Assembly (NCBI GenBank): GCA_963772835.1
Contig: CAVYYZ010000002.1
Location: 192,001-256,000, forward strand
DNA: 64,000 nt
Direction: 5' to 3'
Source of the DNA: an uncultured delta proteobacterium
GTDB lineage: Bacteria; Desulfobacterota; Desulfuromonadia; Geobacterales; Pseudopelobacteraceae
Numbering within the stretch: the first letter of the stretch is position 1; each line of letters opens with the position of its first letter. The translations under genes were made by a program, and so were the position numbers. A model generated the notes under the pieces. It saw only the letters and a program-made list of their open reading frames with translations. It was not told where the DNA came from and ran no database searches. Of the stretch, positions 38,148 to 47,530 are shown in pieces.

Positions 38148-38507
38148 AGACACTCGTGTAGCTGGTGAATTCATTGAAAGCCGTCTCGACATACAGGTAC
38201 ATCATCGTCATTTCACAACTTGGCATAAAATAAACAGATGAAATAATCGGGTAAATAAGGGGATATTTTATTACCTGGAGGGATGGAGGCGGCACGTAGA
38301 TGCGACCAGTCACCGCCGGAACCCGGGCGGGTGTTTAACGGAATGATTCAGGTAGAACAATTAAACGCAAAGCACCTGACACTGATGCTGTTGATGAGGA
38401 GGGTGACGGAAGACACATATTCCCGTGGCGCTTTCCAAAAGATTCCTTTTCCGACATCCTGTGCCAGGTCTGTCAAACGGTCGTATAGTTCGTAATAAAC
38501 TGGCAAG

Positions 38508-39875
38508 TCAAGGAGACACAATCGTGTATTTCTCCATCCGGTAAATAAGTGTATGACGTGGAATGCTCAAGAATTTCGCCGCGGCGGACTGATTCCAGTG
38601 GTTGCGTTCAAGTGCCTCGACCACCACCTCCCGCTCCAGCTGTTCAAGCGAATAGCCTTCATCAGGGAGGTTGATCACTGTATCTGTCTTTGGCACGGCG
38701 TTTGGGATTTTACCGCCGGTCCGTATTTTTTCCGGAATATCATCGAAGGTAATGGTGTCGCCGACCCGCATGATCAGAAGTCGTTGTACCAGATTTTCCA
38801 GTTCACGGACGTTTCCCGGCCACCGGTAGGAATTGAGCGTCTTCATGGCACCACTGTCAAATTTGACGTTGTCTGCTCCATGTTTTCTACAAAAATAACG
38901 AAGCAGCAGTGCAATATCATCGCGCCGCTCACGTAACGGCGGCAGATGGATCGGAATGACCGCCAGGCGATAGTAAAGATCTTCGCGGAACGTGGCATCT
39001 TCCAGCGCATTCTCCATATCCAGATTGGTCGCTGCCACCACACGCACATCCAGTTTGATCGGGCTTGTCCCCCCTACCGGTTCAACCACCCTCTCCTGTA
39101 ATGCCCTGAGCAGCTTAGGCTGCAGCTCAAGCGGCAGTTCGCCAACTTCATCCAGAAAAAGTGTCCCGCCATCCGCTAGTTGAAATTTTCCTGTCTTGTC
39201 CTTAACCGCACCGGTGAAGGCGCCCCGGACATGGCCAAAAAGTTCACTTTCCAGCAATTCACGAGGGATTGCAGCACAATTGATGGCGATAAACGGTGCA
39301 TCGCGCCGGCCGCTATGGCGATGAATTGAGCGGGCGACCAACTCTTTGCCGGTACCTGATTCGCCGGTGATCAGCACCGATGCTTCTGTATCTGCCACCT
39401 TTCGAACGATCTCAAAGACCCGTTCCATTCCTTTTGATGATCCGACAATGGTACGATAATCAGACGTATCCGACAAATCCTCTTTCAGGCGTTTGTTCTC
39501 GGCGGCCACCCCTCCGAATTGAAGCGCCCTGCTAACGGTTAACCGCAATTCGTCACGATTAAATGGTTTGGAGATGTAGTCATACGCTCCTGCCTTCATC
39601 GCCTCGACGGCCACGTCAACCGTACCGAAGGCTGTAATCATGATCACCAGCGTATCTGGTGAACGTTTTTTGACCGCTTTCAGCACCTGCATGCCATCCA
39701 TACCGGGCATCTTCATGTCGGTTATCACCAGGGCCGGGTTCTCTTCGTCACAGAGCATCAACCCCGCTTCACCATCGGATGCAGACAGCACCAGATAACC
39801 CGCCTCCTGAAGATTGTATTCCATGACCCGGCGAAGAGATGCGTCATCATCTATAATCAGAATTTTCGGTGTCAC
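38508..39875 (-). CDS. Sigma54-dependent response regulator
   Basis: Receiver domain, GAFTGA, HTH IPRHTLIYRMEKY; coupled to the upstream kinase. Confidence 0.93.
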   Translation of the reverse strand: MTPKILIIDDDASLRRVMEYNLQEAGYLVLSASDGEAGLMLCDEENPALVITDMKMPGMDGMQVLKAVKKRSPDTLVIMITAFGTVDVAVEAMKAGAYDYISKPFNRDELRLTVSRALQFGGVAAENKRLKEDLSDTSDYRTIVGSSKGMERVFEIVRKVADTEASVLITGESGTGKELVARSIHRHSGRRDAPFIAINCAAIPRELLESELFGHVRGAFTGAVKDKTGKFQLADGGTLFLDEVGELPLELQPKLLRALQERVVEPVGGTSPIKLDVRVVAATNLDMENALEDATFREDLYYRLAVIPIHLPPLRERRDDIALLLRYFCRKHGADNVKFDSGAMKTLNSYRWPGNVRELENLVQRLLIMRVGDTITFDDIPEKIRTGGKIPNAVPKTDTVINLPDEGYSLEQLEREVVVEALERNHWNQSAAAKFLSIPRHTLIYRMEKYTIVSP

Positions 39876-40996
39876 GGATATCCTCCAGCCTGCAGTACAG
39901 GCATCCTGACAATTACTGTCGTCCCCTCTCCGATCACACTTTCTATCTGCAACGTACCGCCATGGCCTTCAATAATCTTCTTGGTAATGGCAAGTCCCAA
40001 ACCGGTACCGTCCGGTTTGGTGGTGTAGAAGGGTTCAAAAAGCCTCTCTAGTGATTCAACGTCAATCCCTTCTCCGCTGTCACAAAACCTGATCTCACAC
40101 ATACCTGGTACATCATTGGCATCACAAACCGCAGTCGATATGACCAGACTCCCGCCACCCGGTGTAGCCTGGAGTGAATTAATAGCAATATTGAGGAAGG
40201 CCTGGCGAAGTTTTTCACCGTTCCCCTTAACAATCACATCGGAAACCGGCGGTATTAAGGTGAGAGAGACCCTCCGTGCCCTGGCATCGCTCGTCACCAG
40301 CAGTATAACAGTTTCCAATTCTGGCTGAACGGGACAACGCACCATCTCCGTCGGCAATGGCCGTGCCATACGCAAAAAGTCCTCTACCACCCGATTGAGA
40401 CGTTCTGTCTCTCTGATCTGAATATCGATGAATTCATATTTAGGGTCACCCGGACGGTAATCGTCCCTGAGGATCTCAGCCGTACCACGGATCGAACCAA
40501 GCGGATTACGGATCTCATGGGCAAGGACCGCTGCCATTTCACCGAGAGTCGAAAGTTTTTCGGCACGACGCAAATTCTCTTCAATTGTTAAAATCTGTTC
40601 TGACTGAGATTGAAGTTTTTTATACGAGAGTTCAAGGCCATCGGCAGTCTTCTGCAACTGGGTGCTACGCTCCCGCTCCCGTTGGGACAATAGACCGGTT
40701 ACTCCGCCGACGATATTGTAGAGTACTATTTCAAGATATTTCTCAAGTTCAAGCGTCAGATGCCCACCCCACTGAAAGAGGATGTGCGGGGCATACACAA
40801 AGCTGACAACAAGGGAGCAGGCCAAACCGCCGCGGAGGCCAAACCATATTGCAGCAAGTATAATCGGGAGATAGTAAAGACGTTGGAAGATGTCATGCAG
40901 ATAATGCAGATGCAGTGGAGTCAGATAATGGAGAAGACTGATGGCAATAATAAAAAGTGACAGCAGGGAAATACGTATGGACGGGGAAGTTTTCAT
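39872..40996 (-). CDS. Sensor histidine kinase with multi-TM His-rich input domain
   Basis: About 4 TM with HYLTPLHLHYLHD; AHEIRNPL; GTGLGL. Confidence 0.9.
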   Translation of the reverse strand: MKTSPSIRISLLSLFIIAISLLHYLTPLHLHYLHDIFQRLYYLPIILAAIWFGLRGGLACSLVVSFVYAPHILFQWGGHLTLELEKYLEIVLYNIVGGVTGLLSQRERERSTQLQKTADGLELSYKKLQSQSEQILTIEENLRRAEKLSTLGEMAAVLAHEIRNPLGSIRGTAEILRDDYRPGDPKYEFIDIQIRETERLNRVVEDFLRMARPLPTEMVRCPVQPELETVILLVTSDARARRVSLTLIPPVSDVIVKGNGEKLRQAFLNIAINSLQATPGGGSLVISTAVCDANDVPGMCEIRFCDSGEGIDVESLERLFEPFYTTKPDGTGLGLAITKKIIEGHGGTLQIESVIGEGTTVIVRMPVLQAGGYP

Positions 40997-41109
40997 GAGT
41001 TCAGAATATAGCGCACAACGGCCCGATTACAAGAGAAATGGTTGTATCCCGCTTCTGGAAACGGTTTCATGAGTACCTCCTATATGCACACCACAGTAGA
41101 AACAACCGC

Positions 41110-41138
41110 TTGATTTTTTTAAGATCGCTTGCTATATT
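41110..41138 (+). promoter_or_regulatory. Sigma70-type promoter of rpoH
   Basis: TTGATT-17 nt-TATATT immediately before the CIRCE. Confidence 0.6.
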
Positions 41139-41165
41139 TTAGCAGTCACTCGCAGAGAGTGCTAA
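41139..41165. promoter_or_regulatory. CIRCE element (HrcA operator)
   Basis: TTAGCAGTC-N9-GAGTGCTAA, one mismatch to TTAGCACTC-N9-GAGTGCTAA. Confidence 0.88.
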
Positions 41166-41192
41166 AATATCCTTTCAAAGAGGAGAAGCATC

Positions 41193-42038
41193 ATGGTAAC
41201 TCAATTGCCTGTTGTAGCTGACAGTCTGCGACTCTATATGAACGAAATCAGAAAGTTCCCCCTGTTGAGCGAGGAAGAGGAGCATCTCTACGCAGTTTCG
41301 TTTTTTGAAGACAAACAACTGACAGCAGCTCATAATTTGATCACATCCAATCTGAGGTTCGTAGTGAAGGTCGCATACGAATTTCGACATTACGGTCTGA
41401 AAATGCTCGACCTTATCCAGGAAGGCAATATAGGCCTGATGATGGCGGTTAGAAAGTTTAATCCATATAAAGGTGTCCGCCTTATCTCATATGCAGTCTG
41501 GTGGATTAAGGCCTACATCCAGAATCATATCATATCTTCCTGGAGTCTTCTCAAGATAGGAACAACCCAGGCTCAACGAAAACTTTTCTTCAAACTTCGC
41601 CAGGCCAAGAGTGCACTCGTCGGAATGGATGGTGACGGCAGCGATGTTATGAGCCCCGCACAGTCATTGCACGTTTCAGAGCAGGAGTTTTCTGAAATGG
41701 AGCAGCGCATGCAGGGTGACTGTTCTCTCAATGCAGAAATTCCCGGCAGCGACGGAGCAACGGCACTTGAGTCCCTCGCTGATGACCGGCGTAACCAGGA
41801 AGAACTCCTCGTGGATTTTCAGGAAAATCAGAACCTGCAGCAAAAAGTTGCCGAAGTTGTCAGTCGACTGAACGAAAAAGAGCGCTACATCATCGAGAAC
41901 CGGATTACTGCTGATGACCCTATGACCTTGCAGGAGATTGCCAGCCATTTTTCAATATCACGGGAGCGGGTCCGACAGATTGAAGAAGGGGCATTAAGAA
42001 AAACGAAGACCGCTCTCCTGCCTCTTTTGGCGGCGTGA
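41193..42038 (+). CDS. rpoH: RNA polymerase sigma-32 factor
   Basis: DLIQEGNIGLM, SYAVWWI, RpoH box QRKLFFKLR, SRERVRQIE. Confidence 0.92.
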   Translation: MVTQLPVVADSLRLYMNEIRKFPLLSEEEEHLYAVSFFEDKQLTAAHNLITSNLRFVVKVAYEFRHYGLKMLDLIQEGNIGLMMAVRKFNPYKGVRLISYAVWWIKAYIQNHIISSWSLLKIGTTQAQRKLFFKLRQAKSALVGMDGDGSDVMSPAQSLHVSEQEFSEMEQRMQGDCSLNAEIPGSDGATALESLADDRRNQEELLVDFQENQNLQQKVAEVVSRLNEKERYIIENRITADDPMTLQEIASHFSISRERVRQIEEGALRKTKTALLPLLAA

Positions 42039-42069
42039 TTTCTATATTTACTATGAATTGATCTGCTAC

Positions 42070-42105
42070 AAAGATGTGTTCAGCAGATGGGCGCATCTTT
42101 TTATT
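42070..42105 (+). terminator. Intrinsic terminator after rpoH
   Basis: AAAGATGTGTTCA-GCAGA-TGGGCGCATCTTT followed by T-rich tail. Confidence 0.6.
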
Positions 42106-42183
42106 GCAATTAATGCTTGACTTCCGCAGTTTTTTTCTTTAAATACACAAGTTCCGTTTTCTTTCTATCCAGAAAAGGCTTTA

Positions 42184-42260
42184 GCCCCGTTAGCTCATAC
42201 TGGTAGAGCAGCTGACTTGTAATCAGCAGGTGATCCGTTCGATTCGGATACGGGGCTCCA
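42184..42260 (+). tRNA. tRNA-Thr(TGT)
   Basis: Cloverleaf; anticodon loop CTTGTAA; 3' CCA. Confidence 0.95.
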
Positions 42261-42299
42261 CTTTATAATGCAGTGCGTAACACAGCTTCGATCATCCCT

Positions 42300-42384
42300 G
42301 GAGGGATTCCCGAGCGGCCAAAGGGAACAGACTGTAAATCTGTCGTCATCGACTTCGGAGGTTCGAATCCTCCTCCCTCCACCA
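42300..42384 (+). tRNA. tRNA-Tyr(GTA)
   Basis: Cloverleaf with long variable arm; loop CTGTAAA; CCA. Confidence 0.95.
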
Positions 42385-42489
42385 TACAAATCATCGGAAA
42401 ACGGTGGTTCGTCGCGATCCCAGGAGACTCACGTCGCTTACACTGGTAAGTCATGACCGCACGTTTTACACAATTCTTCGTCTGGTAGC

Positions 42490-42566
42490 GCGGGAATAGC
42501 TCAGTTGGCTAGAGCGTCAGCCTTCCAAGCTGAGGGTCGCGGGTTCGAGTCCCGTTTCCCGCTCCA
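42490..42566 (+). tRNA. tRNA-Gly(TCC)
   Basis: GCGGGAA acceptor stem; loop CTTCCAA; CCA. Confidence 0.95.
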
Positions 42567-42577
42567 GTATTACATGT

Positions 42578-42653
<76 letters not shown>

Positions 42654-42715
42654 CAAAATTGTTAGCACAACCAAACAGGCAGCATATTAAAACAGATATC
42701 AGGAGGGCCTTTCTC

Positions 42716-43906
<1,191 letters not shown>

Positions 43907-43983
43907 AACTTTAATTTAAATGAACGGATGTGGGCATGACCGTTTTCCGTGTCTGCTGATTTTCTACAAAAGGAAGCATATTT

Positions 43984-44133
43984 ATGAGAGACATCATCAC
44001 CCTTGGTTGCACAGAGTGCAAACAGAGAAACTACACAACAACTAAAAACAAAAGAACGACTCCTGGAAAGCTTGAGTTCAGCAAATTTTGTCGATTCTGT
44101 CGCAAGCACACGCCTCACAAGGAAACCAAGTAA
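43984..44133 (+). CDS. rpmG: 50S ribosomal protein L33 (Zn-ribbon form; not in the ORF track)
   Basis: [49 protein letters not shown]. Confidence 0.95.
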   Translation: MRDIITLGCTECKQRNYTTTKNKRTTPGKLEFSKFCRFCRKHTPHKETK

Positions 44134-44159
44134 CAGTAAACGGGATGTTGTAGGGATAC

Positions 44160-44236
44160 AGGCCAGTAGCTCTAACTGGTAGAGCGCCGGTCTCCAAAAC
44201 CGGATGTTGGGGGTTCGAATCCCTCCTGGCCTGCCA
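44160..44236 (+). tRNA. tRNA-Trp(CCA)
   Basis: AGGCCAG acceptor stem; loop CTCCAAA; CCA. Confidence 0.95.
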
Positions 44237-44313
44237 CAATTCAATCATTTTCATTTTCGGAAATGAATAAAGAACAATCAGCGGTTCATAGATAAACTGC
44301 CAGGAGTTATAGT

Positions 44314-44496
44314 GTGCAAAAAATCACCGCTTTTTTTGAGTCCGTAAAGCTTGAACTTGAAAAGGTAACATGGCCAACGCGTAAAGAAACAATAGCAACG
44401 ACGGGTGTTGTTATTGTTATTGTTGTGCTGATTTCATTCTATCTTGGTGCATGTGATCTTATTTTGGCCAAGCTGTTGCGTCTGATACTAGGATAA
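44314..44496 (+). CDS. secE: Preprotein translocase subunit SecE
   Basis: ELEKVTWPTRKE motif plus one TM; conserved gene position. Confidence 0.93.
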   Translation: MQKITAFFESVKLELEKVTWPTRKETIATTGVVIVIVVLISFYLGACDLILAKLLRLILG

Positions 44497-44507
44497 AGGG
44501 TCCAGCT

Positions 44508-45035
44508 ATGTCCATGAAATGGTATGGAGTACATACATATTCAAGCTTTGAGAATAAGGTTCGCCTGAATCTGCTTGAAAGCATCAAGAACGAAGCAATG
44601 GAGAGTTTCTTTGAAGAAATTCTTATTCCTTGCGAAACTGTTGTCGAACTTAAAAAAGGCGAGAAAAAAACCTCATCACGAAAATTTTTCCCGGGTTACA
44701 TCCTGGTCAAAATGGAACTGACTGACGAAACATGGCACCTTGTAAAGGAAACCGCCAAGGTCACCGGCTTTGTTGGCGGAAATACCCCCTTTCCGATTTC
44801 AGATGAGGAAGTCAATAAAATTACCCGCCGCATGGAAGAGGGGGCCGAGAAGCCCCGTCCCAAGGTGTTGTTTGAAGTTGGTGAAACAGTGCGCGTTGTC
44901 GACGGCCCTTTTTTAAATTTCTCGGGGGTTGTTGAAGATGTTAAACCGGACAAGGGCAAGCTTCGCGTGACTGTTACAATTTTCGGTCGCGCAACCCCTG
45001 TAGAGCTCGAGTTCATGCAGGTAGAAAAGAATTAA
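44508..45035 (+). CDS. nusG: Transcription factor NusG
   Basis: [32 protein letters not shown]. Confidence 0.97.
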   Translation: MSMKWYGVHTYSSFENKVRLNLLESIKNEAMESFFEEILIPCETVVELKKGEKKTSSRKFFPGYILVKMELTDETWHLVKETAKVTGFVGGNTPFPISDEEVNKITRRMEEGAEKPRPKVLFEVGETVRVVDGPFLNFSGVVEDVKPDKGKLRVTVTIFGRATPVELEFMQVEKN

Positions 45036-45098
45036 TTACTCAATCAGTCATCTCATGTGAGTATGACAGGCATACGCTGTATATAAAGGAGTACATTT

Positions 45099-45521
45099 AT
45101 GGCAAAGAAGATAACCGGCTACATTAAATTACAGGTACCTGCAGGCAAGGCAAACCCTTCGCCTCCAATCGGTCCTGCCCTCGGTCAGCACGGCGTCAAC
45201 ATCATGGAATTCTGCAAAGCGTTCAATGCAAAAACACAGGCCGATGAGGGTACGATTACTCCGGTTGTAATAACTGTTTATGCGGACAGATCCTTCACGT
45301 TCATAACCAAGACACCGCCCGCACCGGTCTTGATTAAGAAGGCTCTTGATCTTAAGAGTGGATCTCCGGTTCCAAATAAGACCAAAGTCGGCAAACTTAC
45401 CAGAGCACAGATTGAAGAGATTGCAAAAAAGAAAATGCCTGATCTCAATGCTGCTTCGCTTGAAGCTGCCATGAGAACAATTGAGGGTACTGCCCGTTCA
45501 ATGGGCGTTGATATCGCCTAA
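45099..45521 (+). CDS. rplK: 50S ribosomal protein L11
   Basis: [22 protein letters not shown]. Confidence 0.98.
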   Translation: MAKKITGYIKLQVPAGKANPSPPIGPALGQHGVNIMEFCKAFNAKTQADEGTITPVVITVYADRSFTFITKTPPAPVLIKKALDLKSGSPVPNKTKVGKLTRAQIEEIAKKKMPDLNAASLEAAMRTIEGTARSMGVDIA

Positions 45522-45565
45522 TCGGCACACCAGCTATTAATCAAGATTCCTAGAGAGGTTGTACC

Positions 45566-46267
45566 ATGCCAAAAAGCGCTAAGAAGCATTCTGAAGCAAT
45601 GTCAAAAATTGACAGAAACAAGGTTTATCAACTTGCGACTGCCGTTGATGTTGTGAAACAGACCGCGTATGCAAAATTTGATGAGACTGTCGATGTCGCT
45701 GTTAAACTTGGAGTTGATCCACGACACGCCGACCAGATGGTTCGCGGAGCGGTTGTTCTCCCTAACGGACTCGGCAAAGATGTTCGTGTTCTGGTTTTTG
45801 CTAAAGGCGAAAAAGAGAAAGAAGCACTTGATGCCGGTGCCGATTTTGTTGGATCAGATGATCTTGTTGCCAAAATACAGGCCGGTTGGTTTGATTTTGA
45901 TACCGCCATCGCAACACCTGACATGATGGGCGTTGTCGGCAAAATAGGTAAACTGCTCGGACCTCGCGGGCTCATGCCGAACCCGAAGGTTGGCACCGTT
46001 ACCTTTGAAGTTGGCAAGGCGGTTAAGGAATCAAAAGCGGGGAAAGTTGAATTCCGTGTTGAAAAAGCCGGAATTATCCATGCTCCGGTAGGCAAAGTTT
46101 CTTTTGATGCTGAAATGCTCAAAGGGAATTTACTTGCACTTGTAGAGGCACTTCTTAAAGCAAAGCCTTCTGCTGCAAAAGGCACCTATATCAAGAAGAT
46201 TTCACTCTCCTCTACGATGGGGGCAGGAATTAATCTTGATATCAGTGACGTAACCGCGCAGATATAA
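45566..46267 (+). CDS. rplA: 50S ribosomal protein L1
   Basis: [22 protein letters not shown]. Confidence 0.98.
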   Translation: MPKSAKKHSEAMSKIDRNKVYQLATAVDVVKQTAYAKFDETVDVAVKLGVDPRHADQMVRGAVVLPNGLGKDVRVLVFAKGEKEKEALDAGADFVGSDDLVAKIQAGWFDFDTAIATPDMMGVVGKIGKLLGPRGLMPNPKVGTVTFEVGKAVKESKAGKVEFRVEKAGIIHAPVGKVSFDAEMLKGNLLALVEALLKAKPSAAKGTYIKKISLSSTMGAGINLDISDVTAQI

Positions 46268-46280
46268 GTCATACAGTTTC

Positions 46281-46385
46281 AGCCAAAGTCAAAGACAGCA
46301 GGCGTGTGAAGGTGCGCTTAATCCGAATAATGGACCTGCCGAGACTTGGGTATCGCAATTCATTGCGTTCCTGACTTTGGCCGGG
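46281..46385 (+). ncRNA. L10 leader (ribosomal protein autoregulatory RNA)
   Basis: AAGACAGCAGG...TTAA...CCTGCCGAG core; CCAAAGTCA/TGACTTTGG pairing; upstream of rplJ. Confidence 0.7.
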
Positions 46386-46422
46386 GTTCTGCCCCACATA
46401 CCAAAAGAAAGGAGGAAGTCGC

Positions 46423-46947
46423 TTGAACAAGAACACCAAACAGGAACTCGTTATCGAGATGCATGAGCGACTGACACGCGCCAAGGCGGTTTTTCTCGCA
46501 GATTTTCGCGGGATGAACGTTGGGCAGGCCACCACGCTCCGAAATGAGCTGCGTGCTGCGTCAGTCGAGTACAAAGTATTTAAAAATACTTTGTTTGATC
46601 TGGCTGCAAAAGGCACTGATATCGAGTGCATCAGCTCGTTTTTAACCGGTCCGACCGCCGTGGCTATTAGCTATGATGATCCGGCAAATGCAGCAAAAGT
46701 ACTGAATAAGTTTGCAAAAGACCCGCTCGGCAAATTTGTACTTAAAGCCGGTGTACTCAGTGGCAAACTGCTTGACACCAAGCAGATCCAGGCATTGGCA
46801 GACCTGCCCTCGCGTGAGGTTCTCATCGCCAAGATGCTTGGATCCATGCAGGCACCTGCAACTAACTTTGTCGGCGTGCTTGCTGCGCTGCCCGGTTCGC
46901 TCGTACGCGTACTGGATGCTATCCGTGTACAGAAATCAGCACACTAA
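46423..46947 (+). CDS. rplJ: 50S ribosomal protein L10
   Basis: DFRGM, KNTL, LPSREVL; GGAGG RBS and TTG start. Confidence 0.96.
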   Translation: MNKNTKQELVIEMHERLTRAKAVFLADFRGMNVGQATTLRNELRAASVEYKVFKNTLFDLAAKGTDIECISSFLTGPTAVAISYDDPANAAKVLNKFAKDPLGKFVLKAGVLSGKLLDTKQIQALADLPSREVLIAKMLGSMQAPATNFVGVLAALPGSLVRVLDAIRVQKSAH

Positions 46948-46997
46948 CCTAGTAGCACAAACTATATTACTAAAATCATATTCGGAGGATTCACCAA

Positions 46998-47375
46998 ATG
47001 GCAATTACTAAAGAAGATGTAATCGGTTTTATCGAAAAAATGACTGTTCTTGACCTTGCTGAACTCGTTAAGGAACTTGAAGAAAAGTTCGGCGTTTCTG
47101 CAGCAGCTCCAGTTGCAGCTGCTTCTGCCGCTGGCCCTGCTGTCGCTGAAGCCGTTGAAGAACAGACTGAGTTTGATGTTATCCTGAAAGCTTGCGGAGC
47201 TAACAAAATCAATGTCATTAAAGTTGTTCGTGCCCTGACAAGCCTCGGATTGAAAGAAGCCAAGGATGTTGTCGACGGCGCACCAAGCACAGTAAAAACC
47301 GGCGTTTCCAAGCAGGAAGCTGATGATGCACTGAAGCAGCTTGTGGAAGCCGGCGCTGAAGCGTCTATCAAATAG
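46998..47375 (+). CDS. rplL: 50S ribosomal protein L7/L12
   Basis: [22 protein letters not shown]. Confidence 0.98.
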   Translation: MAITKEDVIGFIEKMTVLDLAELVKELEEKFGVSAAAPVAAASAAGPAVAEAVEEQTEFDVILKACGANKINVIKVVRALTSLGLKEAKDVVDGAPSTVKTGVSKQEADDALKQLVEAGAEASIK

Positions 47376-47400
47376 CACCCAAAATTGTTGTCTTTATGAG

Positions 47401-47439
47401 AGCCAAGGTCGCCCGGAGCGGCCTTGGCTTGTGCTGTTT
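47401..47439 (+). terminator. Attenuator-like hairpin between rplL and rpoB
   Basis: AGCCAAGGTCGC-CCGGA-GCGGCCTTGGCT with weak U-tract. Confidence 0.6.
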
Positions 47440-47530
47440 CGGCATGTTTTAATTGCCAGACACTTCTGATATTCCAGCAAGTTATACTATACACCTGGAT
47501 CCAGTTACGATACCCGCCAAAGGAGAAGCC

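Noticed and set aside
38283..38495. 70-aa plus-strand ORF in the intergenic gap
   Set aside because: The SD-like GGAGG is too close to the ATG and there is no recognisable motif; not supportable as a gene.
14111..41000. Metal block as an integrative or mobile element
   Set aside because: No integrase, transposase, att-like terminal repeat or tRNA 3' duplication was seen at its borders.
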